From NCBI GenBank assembly GCA_964502445.1, contig CAZCWM010000004.1, forward strand, positions 127,977-191,976: DNA of 64,000 nucleotides, given 5' to 3'. Source of the DNA: an uncultured Phycisphaeraceae bacterium. Its GTDB lineage: Bacteria > Planctomycetota > Phycisphaerae > Phycisphaerales > Phycisphaeraceae. A model generated the notes under the pieces. The model searched no databases and had not been told where the DNA came from. It saw nothing but the letters and a program-made list of their open reading frames with translations. Made by a program: the position numbers and the translations under genes. Shown here piece by piece: positions 36,501 to 44,529 of this stretch (its first letter is position 1; every line of letters begins with the position of its first letter).

Positions 36501-39434
36501 TCACTGGCGATCAAACAGCGTGTTGTCGTCCGGACCGAAATAGCCGACACCCAGGTCGCGGGACTGCTGCTCGGTGGGGCCATAGATGCTGGCGCGGGTG
36601 AAGGTCATGGTGTGGGCGTCGACGTGGGTGTCGAGGTAGATGGCATTGGCACGGCCTGTGTGGCGGAAGTGGATCGACGGCGTGGAGGGGCCGCCCCAGG
36701 TCCAGAGGGGCGGTTCGATGAACGAGTACTCGGCGGCGATCACTTGCGTGCCGTCGGGCTGGGCGATGGCGGCGTCGGCGAACATGAGTGTGCCGGCCGC
36801 GTCGCGGAAAGCGTCGACCCGGGCGCCCAGCGCGTCGGGATTGTCGAAGTCGGTGGGATTGTCACGCCCGACGTACTCGTTGTTGTAGCCATAGCCGCCG
36901 TTGCCGGCCTCGAAGCCCCGGCCGTCGGGCGAGTAGGCGGGGCACTGCTGGATCGAACCTTCCTTGCCCAGGTACGGGGTGAGCGGGCCTTCACGGTGGT
37001 TGAAGGGTTCGCCGCCGCCGTCGCGCGAGCCGTGCCAACGATGGCGGTTTTGCATGAAGTTGGCCGCGCCGGGGACGTAGCGCTGGTCGTGATCGGCGGC
37101 GAAGGCGACGTTGGCGTGGGCCAGTTCACGCAGGTTGGCGGCGCAGCCGGCGACATCGGCGGAGCTGCGGGCCGAGGCGAGGACGGGAAACAGCAGCCCC
37201 ACCAGCACGCCCATGATGGCGACGACCACCAGCAGTTCGATGAGGGTGAAGGCGGTCGAAGTGGGTTGAAGGTTCAAGGCTGAAATTCGCAATGAAGGTT
37301 GAGGCGGGGGCACGCGTCGGCGTCGACGGGTGAAGGTGGCGAGGCCGAGGGCGAGCATCACAGCCGTCGTCGGCTCGGGCAGGGCGGGGGTCGTTCGCAC
37401 CGTCAGGTCATCCATGGCGAAGAACCCCGGCGTGTTCATTCCCCAGTCGCCCACGTCGCTGGACGCGAGGCTGAAACTCAGACTGCTCACCTCGCCCAGG
37501 GGTTGAAGGTCCACCCACGTCCACGCATCAATGAGGTAGTCGCTCGCGCCAGGGCCGGTAAAATCCGCCAGATAGAACGGCACGCTGCCGATCTCCGTCC
37601 CGCTCGCGTCGTGGCCACGAATCGTCAACAGGAACCAGTCGGGCGCCGTCCCATCCTCGCCGCCGAACCGCTTGGCAAACCCGTCCCCGTGCAGCATGGA
37701 CAGGTAGGCGTAGGTCGTGTTGGTGAAATAGGCGCCTTCAACGACGGTGGGTGCGGGCAGGATGACGCGGGCGTGGCCGCTGACGTCGGCCACGGCGTAC
37801 CGCGACGAGCCGTGGACGCCGCCGCCGGTGAAGGCGCTGAACGAATTGCCGAAACCGGCCGTGGTGGTGTCCGTGGCGGCCGAGACGGCGAAGCCCTGCC
37901 AGTAGAACCAGTCGCCGTCGGAGAAGACTTCGAAATCCACGCCGCGGCTGCTCCAGGTTTCGACCAGCCCCACGCCGCCGATGCCGTCGACCGGGTACTG
38001 GCCGCTGTAGGCGATCGCGGCGCCCAGGTCGACGTCTTCGAAGTCGACGATGACGCTGGTGTGAGCGAGGGGGGCCACAAGCGTGAGAGCCAGCGAGACA
38101 GGCAGGGCCCCGAGAGCGGCGTGAACCGCTGCCATGGAGCGGCGGCTCGAACCGCTCGTGATGCGTGGAGGGGCGAACCCGCCGCGCCGGCGCCTGAGGC
38201 CGAATGTGATTGCGAGCAGCATGACCGACAGGGCGCTCGCGGGCTCGGGGATGACGGCGCCGGAGCCGGCCCCCGCGCCGGTGAGCAGGGCGACGAACCG
38301 ATTGATGTCCTGCGTATTCACACTGCCGGAGTTGTCGGGATCGATGGCCGCGATATCGATGCCGGGGTAGGCCGCGGCATAGCCGGCGAAGTTGGTGAGG
38401 GCGAGAACGAAGGCATTGATGTCCTGCGTGTCGACATGTCCGGAGGCGTCAAAGTCGCCCGGCGGTGTATGCGTCTGATGCAGCACCGCCACCGCGTCCA
38501 GATCGAAGCCGCCGCTGTTGAACGACGTGGTGAAAGGATCGTTGACGATGTGGCCGAGGCCGTCGTAGGTAGCGTATGCGGGATCGATGCTGCCGACGAC
38601 GTCGATAAGGCGCACATGCGTGATCGCACGCAGATCCAGCACGGCCACGCCAGCCTCATCGGCCGTCGCCTGCAGGTCGCTCAGGTCGAACGGCGTCCCG
38701 AATCCCTGGCGGTACTTGCCCGCCAGGTTGTGCAAGTTGGTCGGATCGAGCGTCGACCACGGGCCGATCTGCGTGGTTGTCGGCGTCAGGCTCACGGCTG
38801 GGAAGCGGAAAAAGTCATGGCCATTGGACGAGACTTCAACGAAGGCCAGTTCGAGGAACGTATCGGAGAAGGCGTTTTCAAAGACCGCCAGATCGGCGCC
38901 TGGGCCGTTGGCGATCGGATGGGGAAAGGTGAGCGTGATGCTTCCGCCATCGCCGAGGCTGACGACGCCGAAGACATCGCCCTGGGCTGGCCCGAGGGCA
39001 TTGGCCCCGGAGCCGAAGGATGCAAGGGCGGCGAAGGGATCGGTGATGTCGATCGACCCGCGCGTGAGAGCGGCGACGGCATCGGCCCAATTGACGATGC
39101 TTGCGTCACCAATGGCGATGGCGGTGGAGCCTTCGAGCCCCGCGGCCGGGGCGTATGGGCCGGCCTGAGCCATGGCGGTGAAGACGCTGAGCAGGATGAT
39201 TCCTATCACGGCGAGACCGCTGCGCACGTGGCCCGTCACGGATCGCTTCAGACGCTGGTCACGCCTCGCGACCGTCAGGCAGCGGTGCCGTTCTCGTACG
39301 GTGGAATGCGGGCCGCGCACCGACGCTCGCGGCTTGTGGCGGGCACACGCCGGCTGCGTGGTCGTCTCTGCCAAATGTGCGGATGCTCCAGGAGATTCGA
39401 TGAGCGATGGGAGGGTCGATAGGAACCGATGCAC
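36501..39434 (-). CDS. Tri-modular secreted/surface protein: [signal peptide - beta-rich domain - 2 dockerin-like repeats - PEP-CTERM] + [signal peptide - DUF4465-like domain - PEP-CTERM] + [prepilin-type N-terminal motif - DUF1559 (H-X9-D) domain]
   Basis: A single uninterrupted frame of 977 codons. GTG 39434 lies 6 nt after a strong AAGGAG RBS (39441-39446). Module 1 covers residues ~66-417, module 2 residues 434-707 and module 3 residues ~720-977. See the sub-features and findings. There is no SD-like sequence before the internal Met434 or before module 3. Confidence 0.75.
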   Translation of the reverse strand: MHRFLSTLPSLIESPGASAHLAETTTQPACARHKPRASVRGPHSTVRERHRCLTVARRDQRLKRSVTGHVRSGLAVIGIILLSVFTAMAQAGPYAPAAGLEGSTAIAIGDASIVNWADAVAALTRGSIDITDPFAALASFGSGANALGPAQGDVFGVVSLGDGGSITLTFPHPIANGPGADLAVFENAFSDTFLELAFVEVSSNGHDFFRFPAVSLTPTTTQIGPWSTLDPTNLHNLAGKYRQGFGTPFDLSDLQATADEAGVAVLDLRAITHVRLIDVVGSIDPAYATYDGLGHIVNDPFTTSFNSGGFDLDAVAVLHQTHTPPGDFDASGHVDTQDINAFVLALTNFAGYAAAYPGIDIAAIDPDNSGSVNTQDINRFVALLTGAGAGSGAVIPEPASALSVMLLAITFGLRRRRGGFAPPRITSGSSRRSMAAVHAALGALPVSLALTLVAPLAHTSVIVDFEDVDLGAAIAYSGQYPVDGIGGVGLVETWSSRGVDFEVFSDGDWFYWQGFAVSAATDTTTAGFGNSFSAFTGGGVHGSSRYAVADVSGHARVILPAPTVVEGAYFTNTTYAYLSMLHGDGFAKRFGGEDGTAPDWFLLTIRGHDASGTEIGSVPFYLADFTGPGASDYLIDAWTWVDLQPLGEVSSLSFSLASSDVGDWGMNTPGFFAMDDLTVRTTPALPEPTTAVMLALGLATFTRRRRRVPPPQPSLRISALNLQPTSTAFTLIELLVVVAIMGVLVGLLFPVLASARSSADVAGCAANLRELAHANVAFAADHDQRYVPGAANFMQNRHRWHGSRDGGGEPFNHREGPLTPYLGKEGSIQQCPAYSPDGRGFEAGNGGYGYNNEYVGRDNPTDFDNPDALGARVDAFRDAAGTLMFADAAIAQPDGTQVIAAEYSFIEPPLWTWGGPSTPSIHFRHTGRANAIYLDTHVDAHTMTFTRASIYGPTEQQSRDLGVGYFGPDDNTLFDRQ
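37185..37253 (-). other. Prepilin-type N-terminal cleavage/methylation motif (AFTLIELLVVVAIMGVLVGLLFP) located internally
   Basis: Residues 728-750. It is followed by DUF1559-like sequence and a C-terminal FRHTGRANAIYLDTHVD (H-X9-D) motif typical of planctomycetal pseudopilin-like proteins. Confidence 0.8.
37314..37382 (-). other. Internal PEP-CTERM sorting signal 2 (LPEPTTAVMLALGLATFTRRRRR), not followed by an in-frame stop codon
   Basis: Residues 685-707. It follows a DUF4465-like domain (WFYWQGFAVSAATDTTTAGFGNSFSAFTGGGVHGSSRYAV...FYLADF...WTWVDLQPLG...SSDVGDWGMNTPGFFAMDDL). Confidence 0.8.
38184..38252 (-). other. Internal PEP-CTERM sorting signal 1 (IPEPASALSVMLLAITFGLRRRR), not followed by a stop codon
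   Basis: A PEP tripeptide, a hydrophobic helix and an Arg cluster at residues 395-417 of the 977-aa ORF. It is preceded by dockerin-like repeats GDFDASGHVDTQDINAFVLAL and DPDNSGSVNTQDINRFVALL. No stop occurs in any of the three forward frames for more than 200 nt downstream. Confidence 0.8.
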
Positions 39435-39667
39435 GATGGTCTCCTTGCCCTGATTCGCGCAGGGCGGCCCCGAGGCGACGATGCAATCGTGTCGGCGCGT
39501 TGGGGTTCGAAGACGGGCCGTGGCGGCCGATCGGACAATCGTGTGGCCGGGCCAGGTGATCGCCGTCGTCGGCCGGTGGGTCCGCTTCGGGTCACGGGGG
39601 CATCGGGGCTGCTTCGGGGTGCAACAGGCCGAACCCTCGTGGTCCCGTAACGCGAGGACACACGCGG

Positions 39668-39989
39668 GTCCGACAGGCAGGTCTTCCGGCTCTGAGCTTC
39701 ACGGTCCGGGGCCTTCCCATCCAGCCGCACGCTGCATCCAGCGTGGGCCAGACAGTGGCGAAGATTCCGGGCCGCCTATCCCTTCGGCAGGCCGCCTCGC
39801 TCGTTCAATGCGAGGGCATGAATGCCAAGGGCCGCTCATCACGGCGGCGCGTCCGCGGAGGCTTTTCCGGGCTCGGTCGATGCCGCTGCACCCCTTTGAA
39901 AGGCAGGCAGGCGGTCGGCCTCGTCCGGGTACCTCACTTCCCTTTTCACCCGTCCGGGCCGATTCGGCTCGGGCGGGCACCTGTCGGAC
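39668..39989 (-). promoter_or_regulatory. Cobalamin (AdoCbl) riboswitch-like leader, long variant
   Basis: On the minus strand there is a 10-bp closing helix, GTCCGACAGG (39989..39980) with CCTGTCGGAC (39677..39668). Elements in order are GGTGCC, AAAAGGGAAG, GCCACTGT, a hairpin, GGGAAGGC, and the B12-box-like AGCCGGAAGACCTGCC immediately 5' of the 3' P1 strand. That box is one mismatch from the E. coli btuB box as I recall it. It lies about 230 nt upstream of the GTG 39434 start. Confidence 0.65.
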
Positions 39990-40001
39990 GTCTGAAGGCC
40001 G

Positions 40002-40030
40002 ACAATATCGGGCCCGCCCACAGGGGTCAA
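40002..40030 (-). promoter_or_regulatory. Sigma-70-like promoter for the riboswitch-led transcript
   Basis: Minus strand TTGACC (40030..40025) - 17 nt - TATTGT (40007..40002), ending 12 nt before the riboswitch P1 helix. Confidence 0.35.
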
Positions 40031-40121
40031 GCCCCGGCGAGCCGACGAGGTCTGGGGCGTGAGTAACCGACTCAAGCGGCTTGCATGATCGGTCGATCGC
40101 GGTACATTATTGGGCCGCTAC

Positions 40122-40193
40122 GCGGGTGTAGCTCAGTGGTAGAGCGTCACGTTGCCAACGTGAATGTCGTGGGTTCGAGCCCCATCACCCGCT
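40122..40193 (+). tRNA. tRNA-Gly (anticodon GCC)
   Basis: GCGGGTGTAGCTCAGTGGTAGAGC, anticodon stem TCACG/CGTGA, loop TTGCCAA, T arm GTGGGTTCGAGCCCCAT, acceptor CACCCGC, discriminator U. CCA is not encoded. Confidence 0.95.
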
Positions 40194-40311
40194 TTGGACC
40201 TTGATCCGACCTGGATCGGGTCCGGTTCAAGTTAATTTTGCTGACGCCCCGGTTGCCGCCGGGGCGTTGTCGTTGGTGGCGGCGGTGACGCAGGCGATTA
40301 CGGGTCGACCG

Positions 40312-41517
40312 CTAGACCGCGGCGACGGGCGCGGTGGACTGTTCGATGCACCAGTCGGCGCGATCGCGGATGACGCGGCGGTAGAGGGTGTCGCGTTCGA
40401 CGGGCTGGTAGCCGGCTTCGGCGATGACGCGGCGAAGGTCGGCGACGGTGACTTCCTGGTGCGTGTCACGGCCTTCGATTTTGGTGATGTCGTACCAGAC
40501 GACCGTGCCGTCGATATCGTCAACGCCGAAGTCGAGGGTGATCTGCGAAAGCGGCAGGGTCTGCATGATCCAGAAGGCTTTGACGTGGGCGAAGTTGTCG
40601 AGCATGAGCCGGCAGACCGCCAGCATCTTCAGGTCGTCCAGCCCCGTCGGGCCATAGAGGGATTCGAGCTCGCTGTCGTCGGGGATGAAGGGCAGGGGTA
40701 TGACGGTCTGGAAGCGGGCCGGCAGGTCGGCGGCGAGGGCGCGGTCCTGGGCCTCGCGGAGCATGATCAGGTGGGCGATGCGGTCTTCGAACGACTCGAT
40801 GTGGCCGTAGAGAATCGTGGCGTTGGTCATCAGTCCGAGGCGATGGGCGGTTTCGTGGACTTCGAGCCACTTGTCGGAACGAATCTTGCCTTTGAAGGCT
40901 TCGTCGTGGACGCGGTCGTCGAAGACTTCGGCGCCCCCGCCGGGCAGGGAGCCGAGGCCTGCGGCCTGCAGGTCGCGGAGGACGCCTTCGATGTCGCGTG
41001 GCCGCTTGCTGATGCGGGCAAGATGCACGATTTCGACAGCGGTGAAGGCCTTGATGTGCAGCTTCGGGGCGGCCTGGCGGATCGCGGCGAGCATGTTGGT
41101 GTAGTAGGTGAAAGGCTCGAAGGGGTGCAGTCCGCCGACGATGTGGATCTCGGTGGCGCCGGCGTCCTGGGCGGCCCTGGCCTGGGCGGCAATTTCGTCA
41201 GGGCGATGGAAATAAGCGCCGCTCTGCCCCTGCTTGCGGTAGAAGGAGCAGAACTTGCAGGACAGGGCGCAGACGTTGGTGTAGTTGAGGTGGCGGTTGA
41301 TGTTGTAGTAAGCGACGTTGCCGTGCATGCGGCGGCGGACAGCGTCGGCGAGGCGGCCGAGGGTCCAGATGTCGCGGGTTCGCAGCAGGGTCAGGCCGTC
41401 GGCGGCGTCGAGACGCTGGCCGGCGCGGCACTTTTCAGCGATGGGGGCGAGGGTCGGGTCCATGGGCGCTATTCGACTGCCGTTTTCCGGTTTTTGAGTC
41501 GCCGGCGGGTTGGCCAT
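40312..41517 (-). CDS. Radical SAM enzyme of the MqnC/MqnE (futalosine menaquinone pathway)/CofH family
   Basis: NINRHLNYTNVCALSCKFCSFYR (CxxxCxxC cluster), EIHIVGGLHP, GSLPGGGAEVF, ATILYGHIE and FQTVIPLPF. I cannot separate MqnC from MqnE by eye. The start is ATG 41517 or 41463. Confidence 0.75.
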   Translation of the reverse strand: MANPPATQKPENGSRIAPMDPTLAPIAEKCRAGQRLDAADGLTLLRTRDIWTLGRLADAVRRRMHGNVAYYNINRHLNYTNVCALSCKFCSFYRKQGQSGAYFHRPDEIAAQARAAQDAGATEIHIVGGLHPFEPFTYYTNMLAAIRQAAPKLHIKAFTAVEIVHLARISKRPRDIEGVLRDLQAAGLGSLPGGGAEVFDDRVHDEAFKGKIRSDKWLEVHETAHRLGLMTNATILYGHIESFEDRIAHLIMLREAQDRALAADLPARFQTVIPLPFIPDDSELESLYGPTGLDDLKMLAVCRLMLDNFAHVKAFWIMQTLPLSQITLDFGVDDIDGTVVWYDITKIEGRDTHQEVTVADLRRVIAEAGYQPVERDTLYRRVIRDRADWCIEQSTAPVAAV

Positions 41518-41571
41518 GCATGGTAGATACTACACTGCCCGCCAGACGGAGGCGGTCATGCGGAGGTGAGC

Positions 41572-41967
41572 ATGCGTATCGTGGGGCATGGGATCGACAT
41601 CGTGGAGACGGCCCGGATCGCCCGGATGCTGCAGGAGCACGGTGAGCGGTTCTTGTCGCGCTGCTTCACCGAGGCGGAGCGCCACTACGCGCAGGGCGAA
41701 GGCAAGCGGCGGCAGGTGGAGCATCTGGCTGGACGTTTCGCGGCCAAAGAGGCGATCTTCAAGGTGCTGGGCACCGGCTGGTCGGGCGGGGTGGCCTGGC
41801 ATGAGGCGGAGGTGGTGCGGCAGGCGGGCGGGGCGCCGGCAGTGGTGCTGCATGGTCGGACGGCCGAGGTCGCGGCAGGCCTGGGGATCACGCAGTGGCT
41901 GATCAGCATCAGTCATATCCAGACGCACGCGACAGCCAGCGCGATCGGGGTGGACGACGAGGCGTGA
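41572..41967 (+). CDS. acpS: Holo-[acyl-carrier-protein] synthase
   Basis: GGAGGTGAG RBS. MRIVGHGIDIVETARI...ERFLSRCFTEAE...LAGRFAAKEAIFKVLG...ISISHI is canonical AcpS. Confidence 0.9.
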   Translation: MRIVGHGIDIVETARIARMLQEHGERFLSRCFTEAERHYAQGEGKRRQVEHLAGRFAAKEAIFKVLGTGWSGGVAWHEAEVVRQAGGAPAVVLHGRTAEVAAGLGITQWLISISHIQTHATASAIGVDDEA

Positions 41968-42077
41968 TGGGGCGGCGATCGCCCGCGGTGCGCGGGCCGA
42001 AGGTGAACTGCGGACGCTGTGGGCCCGTATTGACTTGGACATGTGCCCGTTTGGGGTGGGCGCGATAGGCTGGTGGG

Positions 42078-42851
42078 ATGGCAGCACGCAAGGACAACCT
42101 GGCACCGTATGAGGTGATGCGTCAGCCGGCCGGGACGCCCGCCGGCCGGACGGGGGCCGTCCGCGCCGGGGAGCGGGAGCCGGTGCTCGACAAGCCGACC
42201 GAGGAAGCAGGCGCGGGGACGTCAACAGGGCTGGGCGGGTTGCTCCAGGGCCCGCGGCAGCCGCTGATCCTGCGTGTGCCCAAGGGCTACATCGCAGTGG
42301 CGGGGGTCTTGCTGGCGTCGGTGGTGGTGCTGGCGTACTGGAGCGGCCGAAGCATCGGCTACCGGGCGGGTCTGCGGGAGGCCAGCGAGCGGTTTGAGGC
42401 GATCCAGCCCGGCGGGCTGTGGGAACTGGGGGATGAGGCCGCATCGGGCACATCCAGCGGCCAGAGCAGCGCTGAGCTCGGCTCGGTCCATGGGACGCTG
42501 GTGCAGCGGCCGACGGCGGGTCAGGATCCTCGCAAGGTCGGGCTGAACTACTGGGTGCTGGCGCACTACCGCCAGGCGGAGGCGCAGCGTCTGCTGGGCT
42601 TTCTGTGGAACCAGGGAGTTGAAGCGGCGGCGTTCGCCCGTCATAATGAGGGACTTTTCCAGGTGGTGGCCCTCCGGGGCTTCGCGCCTGGGGAGTTGAA
42701 CGAACCGGCCGAAACGTACCGTCGCCAGCTTCTGGCGCTGGGGCGTGTCTGGAAGGATAAGCACCGGGGCAGCGACCTGGCCCGGAATGGGATCTACCTG
42801 GACAAGTATGAGGGCGAATCGGCGACGGCGATGATAGTCCGGGCGCGGTAG
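42078..42851 (+). CDS. Membrane-anchored protein with a C-terminal SPOR-like domain (hypothetical)
   Basis: One TM helix (YIAVAGVLLASVVVLAYW). The C-terminal NYWVLAHYRQAEAQRLLGFLWNQGVEAAAFARHNEGLFQVVALRGF resembles the SPOR beta-alpha-beta-beta repeat. The assignment is weak. Confidence 0.45.
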   Translation: MAARKDNLAPYEVMRQPAGTPAGRTGAVRAGEREPVLDKPTEEAGAGTSTGLGGLLQGPRQPLILRVPKGYIAVAGVLLASVVVLAYWSGRSIGYRAGLREASERFEAIQPGGLWELGDEAASGTSSGQSSAELGSVHGTLVQRPTAGQDPRKVGLNYWVLAHYRQAEAQRLLGFLWNQGVEAAAFARHNEGLFQVVALRGFAPGELNEPAETYRRQLLALGRVWKDKHRGSDLARNGIYLDKYEGESATAMIVRAR

Positions 42852-42899
42852 CAGGCCGGGACAAGGCCGCTCGATCGCTTGAAAGGAAGAGCAGCGGAC

Positions 42900-43121
42900 A
42901 TGAGCATTGACCCGAGTCTGAAGACCAGTGGCGCGATGGCCAAGCACCGCAATGTGCTGACGCGGGCCGAGCGCATCGAGAAGCTGGCGGGCAAGAGCAA
43001 GTTTGACAAGCAGGGCGACAGCCCGCTGGGGTTGCCGAAGGTGGGCAACCGGAAGCTGGCGACGGGCAAAGCGAGCAAGAAGAAAGAGGCTGGCGAAGAG
43101 GGTGCGGCGCCGGCGAAATAG
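42900..43121 (+). CDS. Small basic protein (TIGR04137-like)
   Basis: GAAAGGAAGAG RBS. MSIDPSLKTSGAMAKHRNVLTRAERIEKLAGKSKFDKQGDSPLGLPKV matches my memory of the conserved small basic protein family (SID.SLK...R.VL.R.ERI..L......GDSP.GLPKV). Confidence 0.65.
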   Translation: MSIDPSLKTSGAMAKHRNVLTRAERIEKLAGKSKFDKQGDSPLGLPKVGNRKLATGKASKKKEAGEEGAAPAK

Positions 43122-43161
43122 TTCGCTGGCGATGGGCGCTGGTCGCGACGGTGCAATTCCA

Positions 43162-43193
43162 ACCGCGGGGCCCGACAGGCCTCGCGGTTTCTT
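43162..43193 (+). terminator. Rho-independent terminator after the small basic protein gene
   Basis: An 11-bp stem, ACCGCGGGGCC / GGCCTCGCGGT (one G-U), with loop CGACA, followed by TTCTTG. Confidence 0.55.
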
Positions 43194-43332
43194 GTGCGCA
43201 GGGCAAGCGCGTGTGGCGGGCAGGTGGCGGGGACGATCTGCGATCGCGCGCGGAGCGTGGAGGGCAGATCGCGGTGAGGGTATGGGGTAGGATGGGGATC
43301 GTATGCGGGCATGGTGACGGAAAGGACGACTC

Positions 43333-44505
43333 ATGTTTGATCCGCAGGTTCATATCGCCCAGCGTGTGCGCGCGGTCCAGGCGTCGGGGATCCGGCGCGT
43401 GTTCGAGCTGGCGGGCCAGCTCAAGGATCCGATCAACCTGTCAATCGGCCAGCCGGACTTCGACGTGCCGCATAGGATCAAGCAGGCGGCGATCGGCGCG
43501 ATTGAGCGTGGGGTGAACAAGTACACGCTGACACAGGGCATGGAGGAGCTGCACGCGGCGATCGCCGGACGGCTTGGCGTCGAACTGCCGAACTGGAAGC
43601 TGCGACATGCCGGCGGGGACGGCGGGTTGCTGGTGACCAGCGGCGTGTCAGGGGGGCTGGTGCTGGCGTTTCTGGCGTGCCTGAACCCCGGCGATCAGGT
43701 GATCGTGCCTGACCCATACTTCGTGATGTACAAACACCTGCTGACGGTGGCCGGCGCCGAGGCGGTGTATGTGGACACGTACCCGGACTTCCAGCTCACA
43801 GCCCAGCGGGTTGAGGCGGCGCTGACGCCGCGCACGAAGATGGTGCTGCTGAACACGCCGAGCAACCCGACGGGCGTGGTGGCCGACCAGACGATGTGCC
43901 TTGAACTGGCGGAACTGGCTGAGCGGCGTAACCTGCTGCTGGTGTCCGATGAAATCTACGATGAGTTCTGCTACGACAAGTCGGCGCGACGGGGCAACGA
44001 CGGGCGGGCGTATTGTCCGAGTCCAGCCGCGTTCACGCAGAATCTGCTGCTGCTGCGAGGCTTCAGCAAAACCTACAGCATGACGGGCTGGCGCATGGGT
44101 TACGCGGCCGGCCCGGTGGCGATCATCGAGCAGATGACCAAGCTGCAGCAGTATTCATTCGTCTGCGCGCCGTCCATGGTGCAGGTGGCGGGTGTGGCGG
44201 CGCTCAACGAATCGATGGACCAGTACGTTGAAGCGTACCGCCGCAAACGGGATCTGGTGATGCAGAAGCTGAGCGGGACGTTCGAGCTGGTGAAGCCCGA
44301 GGGCGCGTTCTATGCGTTCCCGAAAGTGCCCCAGCGGCTGGGTATGACCGGAACGCAGTTCGTCGAGGCGGCGCTGGCGCGCAACGTGGTGATGATCCCC
44401 GGCGGTGTCTTCAGCGAGCGGGACACGCACTTTCGCATCAGCTACGCGACCAGCGACGCCAAGCTGGCCCAGGGACTGGACGTGCTGGTGGAGCTGGCGT
44501 GCTGA
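43333..44505 (+). CDS. Class I/II pyridoxal-phosphate-dependent aminotransferase (aspartate aminotransferase-like)
   Basis: INLSIGQPDFDVP, YTLTQGMEEL, NTPSNPTGVV, and GFSKTYSMTGWRMGY (the PLP Lys in the SK motif). Confidence 0.85.
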   Translation: MFDPQVHIAQRVRAVQASGIRRVFELAGQLKDPINLSIGQPDFDVPHRIKQAAIGAIERGVNKYTLTQGMEELHAAIAGRLGVELPNWKLRHAGGDGGLLVTSGVSGGLVLAFLACLNPGDQVIVPDPYFVMYKHLLTVAGAEAVYVDTYPDFQLTAQRVEAALTPRTKMVLLNTPSNPTGVVADQTMCLELAELAERRNLLLVSDEIYDEFCYDKSARRGNDGRAYCPSPAAFTQNLLLLRGFSKTYSMTGWRMGYAAGPVAIIEQMTKLQQYSFVCAPSMVQVAGVAALNESMDQYVEAYRRKRDLVMQKLSGTFELVKPEGAFYAFPKVPQRLGMTGTQFVEAALARNVVMIPGGVFSERDTHFRISYATSDAKLAQGLDVLVELAC

Positions 44506-44529
44506 ACGTCGGCGCCGCGGTGGTCGGCG

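Noticed and set aside
37299-39422. 707-aa ORF on the plus strand
   Set aside because: It is antisense to the tri-modular ORF. The minus strand carries the PEP-CTERM, dockerin-like, DUF4465-like and prepilin motifs, while the plus-strand translation is Gly/Arg/Asp/Ala low-complexity.
39858-39877. Plus-strand GGAGGCTTTTCCGGGCTCGG, superficially like the RNase P RNA P4 element GGAGGAAAGUCCGGGCUC
   Set aside because: The invariant AAAGUCC core is not present, and no matching 3' P4 strand (ACAGAA.CCGGCUUA) is seen. The region is better explained as the complement of the minus-strand cobalamin-riboswitch-like leader.
41530-43353. 607-aa ORF on the minus strand
   Set aside because: It is antisense to acpS, the SPOR-like gene and the small basic protein gene. 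It is Pro/Arg/Ser/Ala-rich and motif-free.
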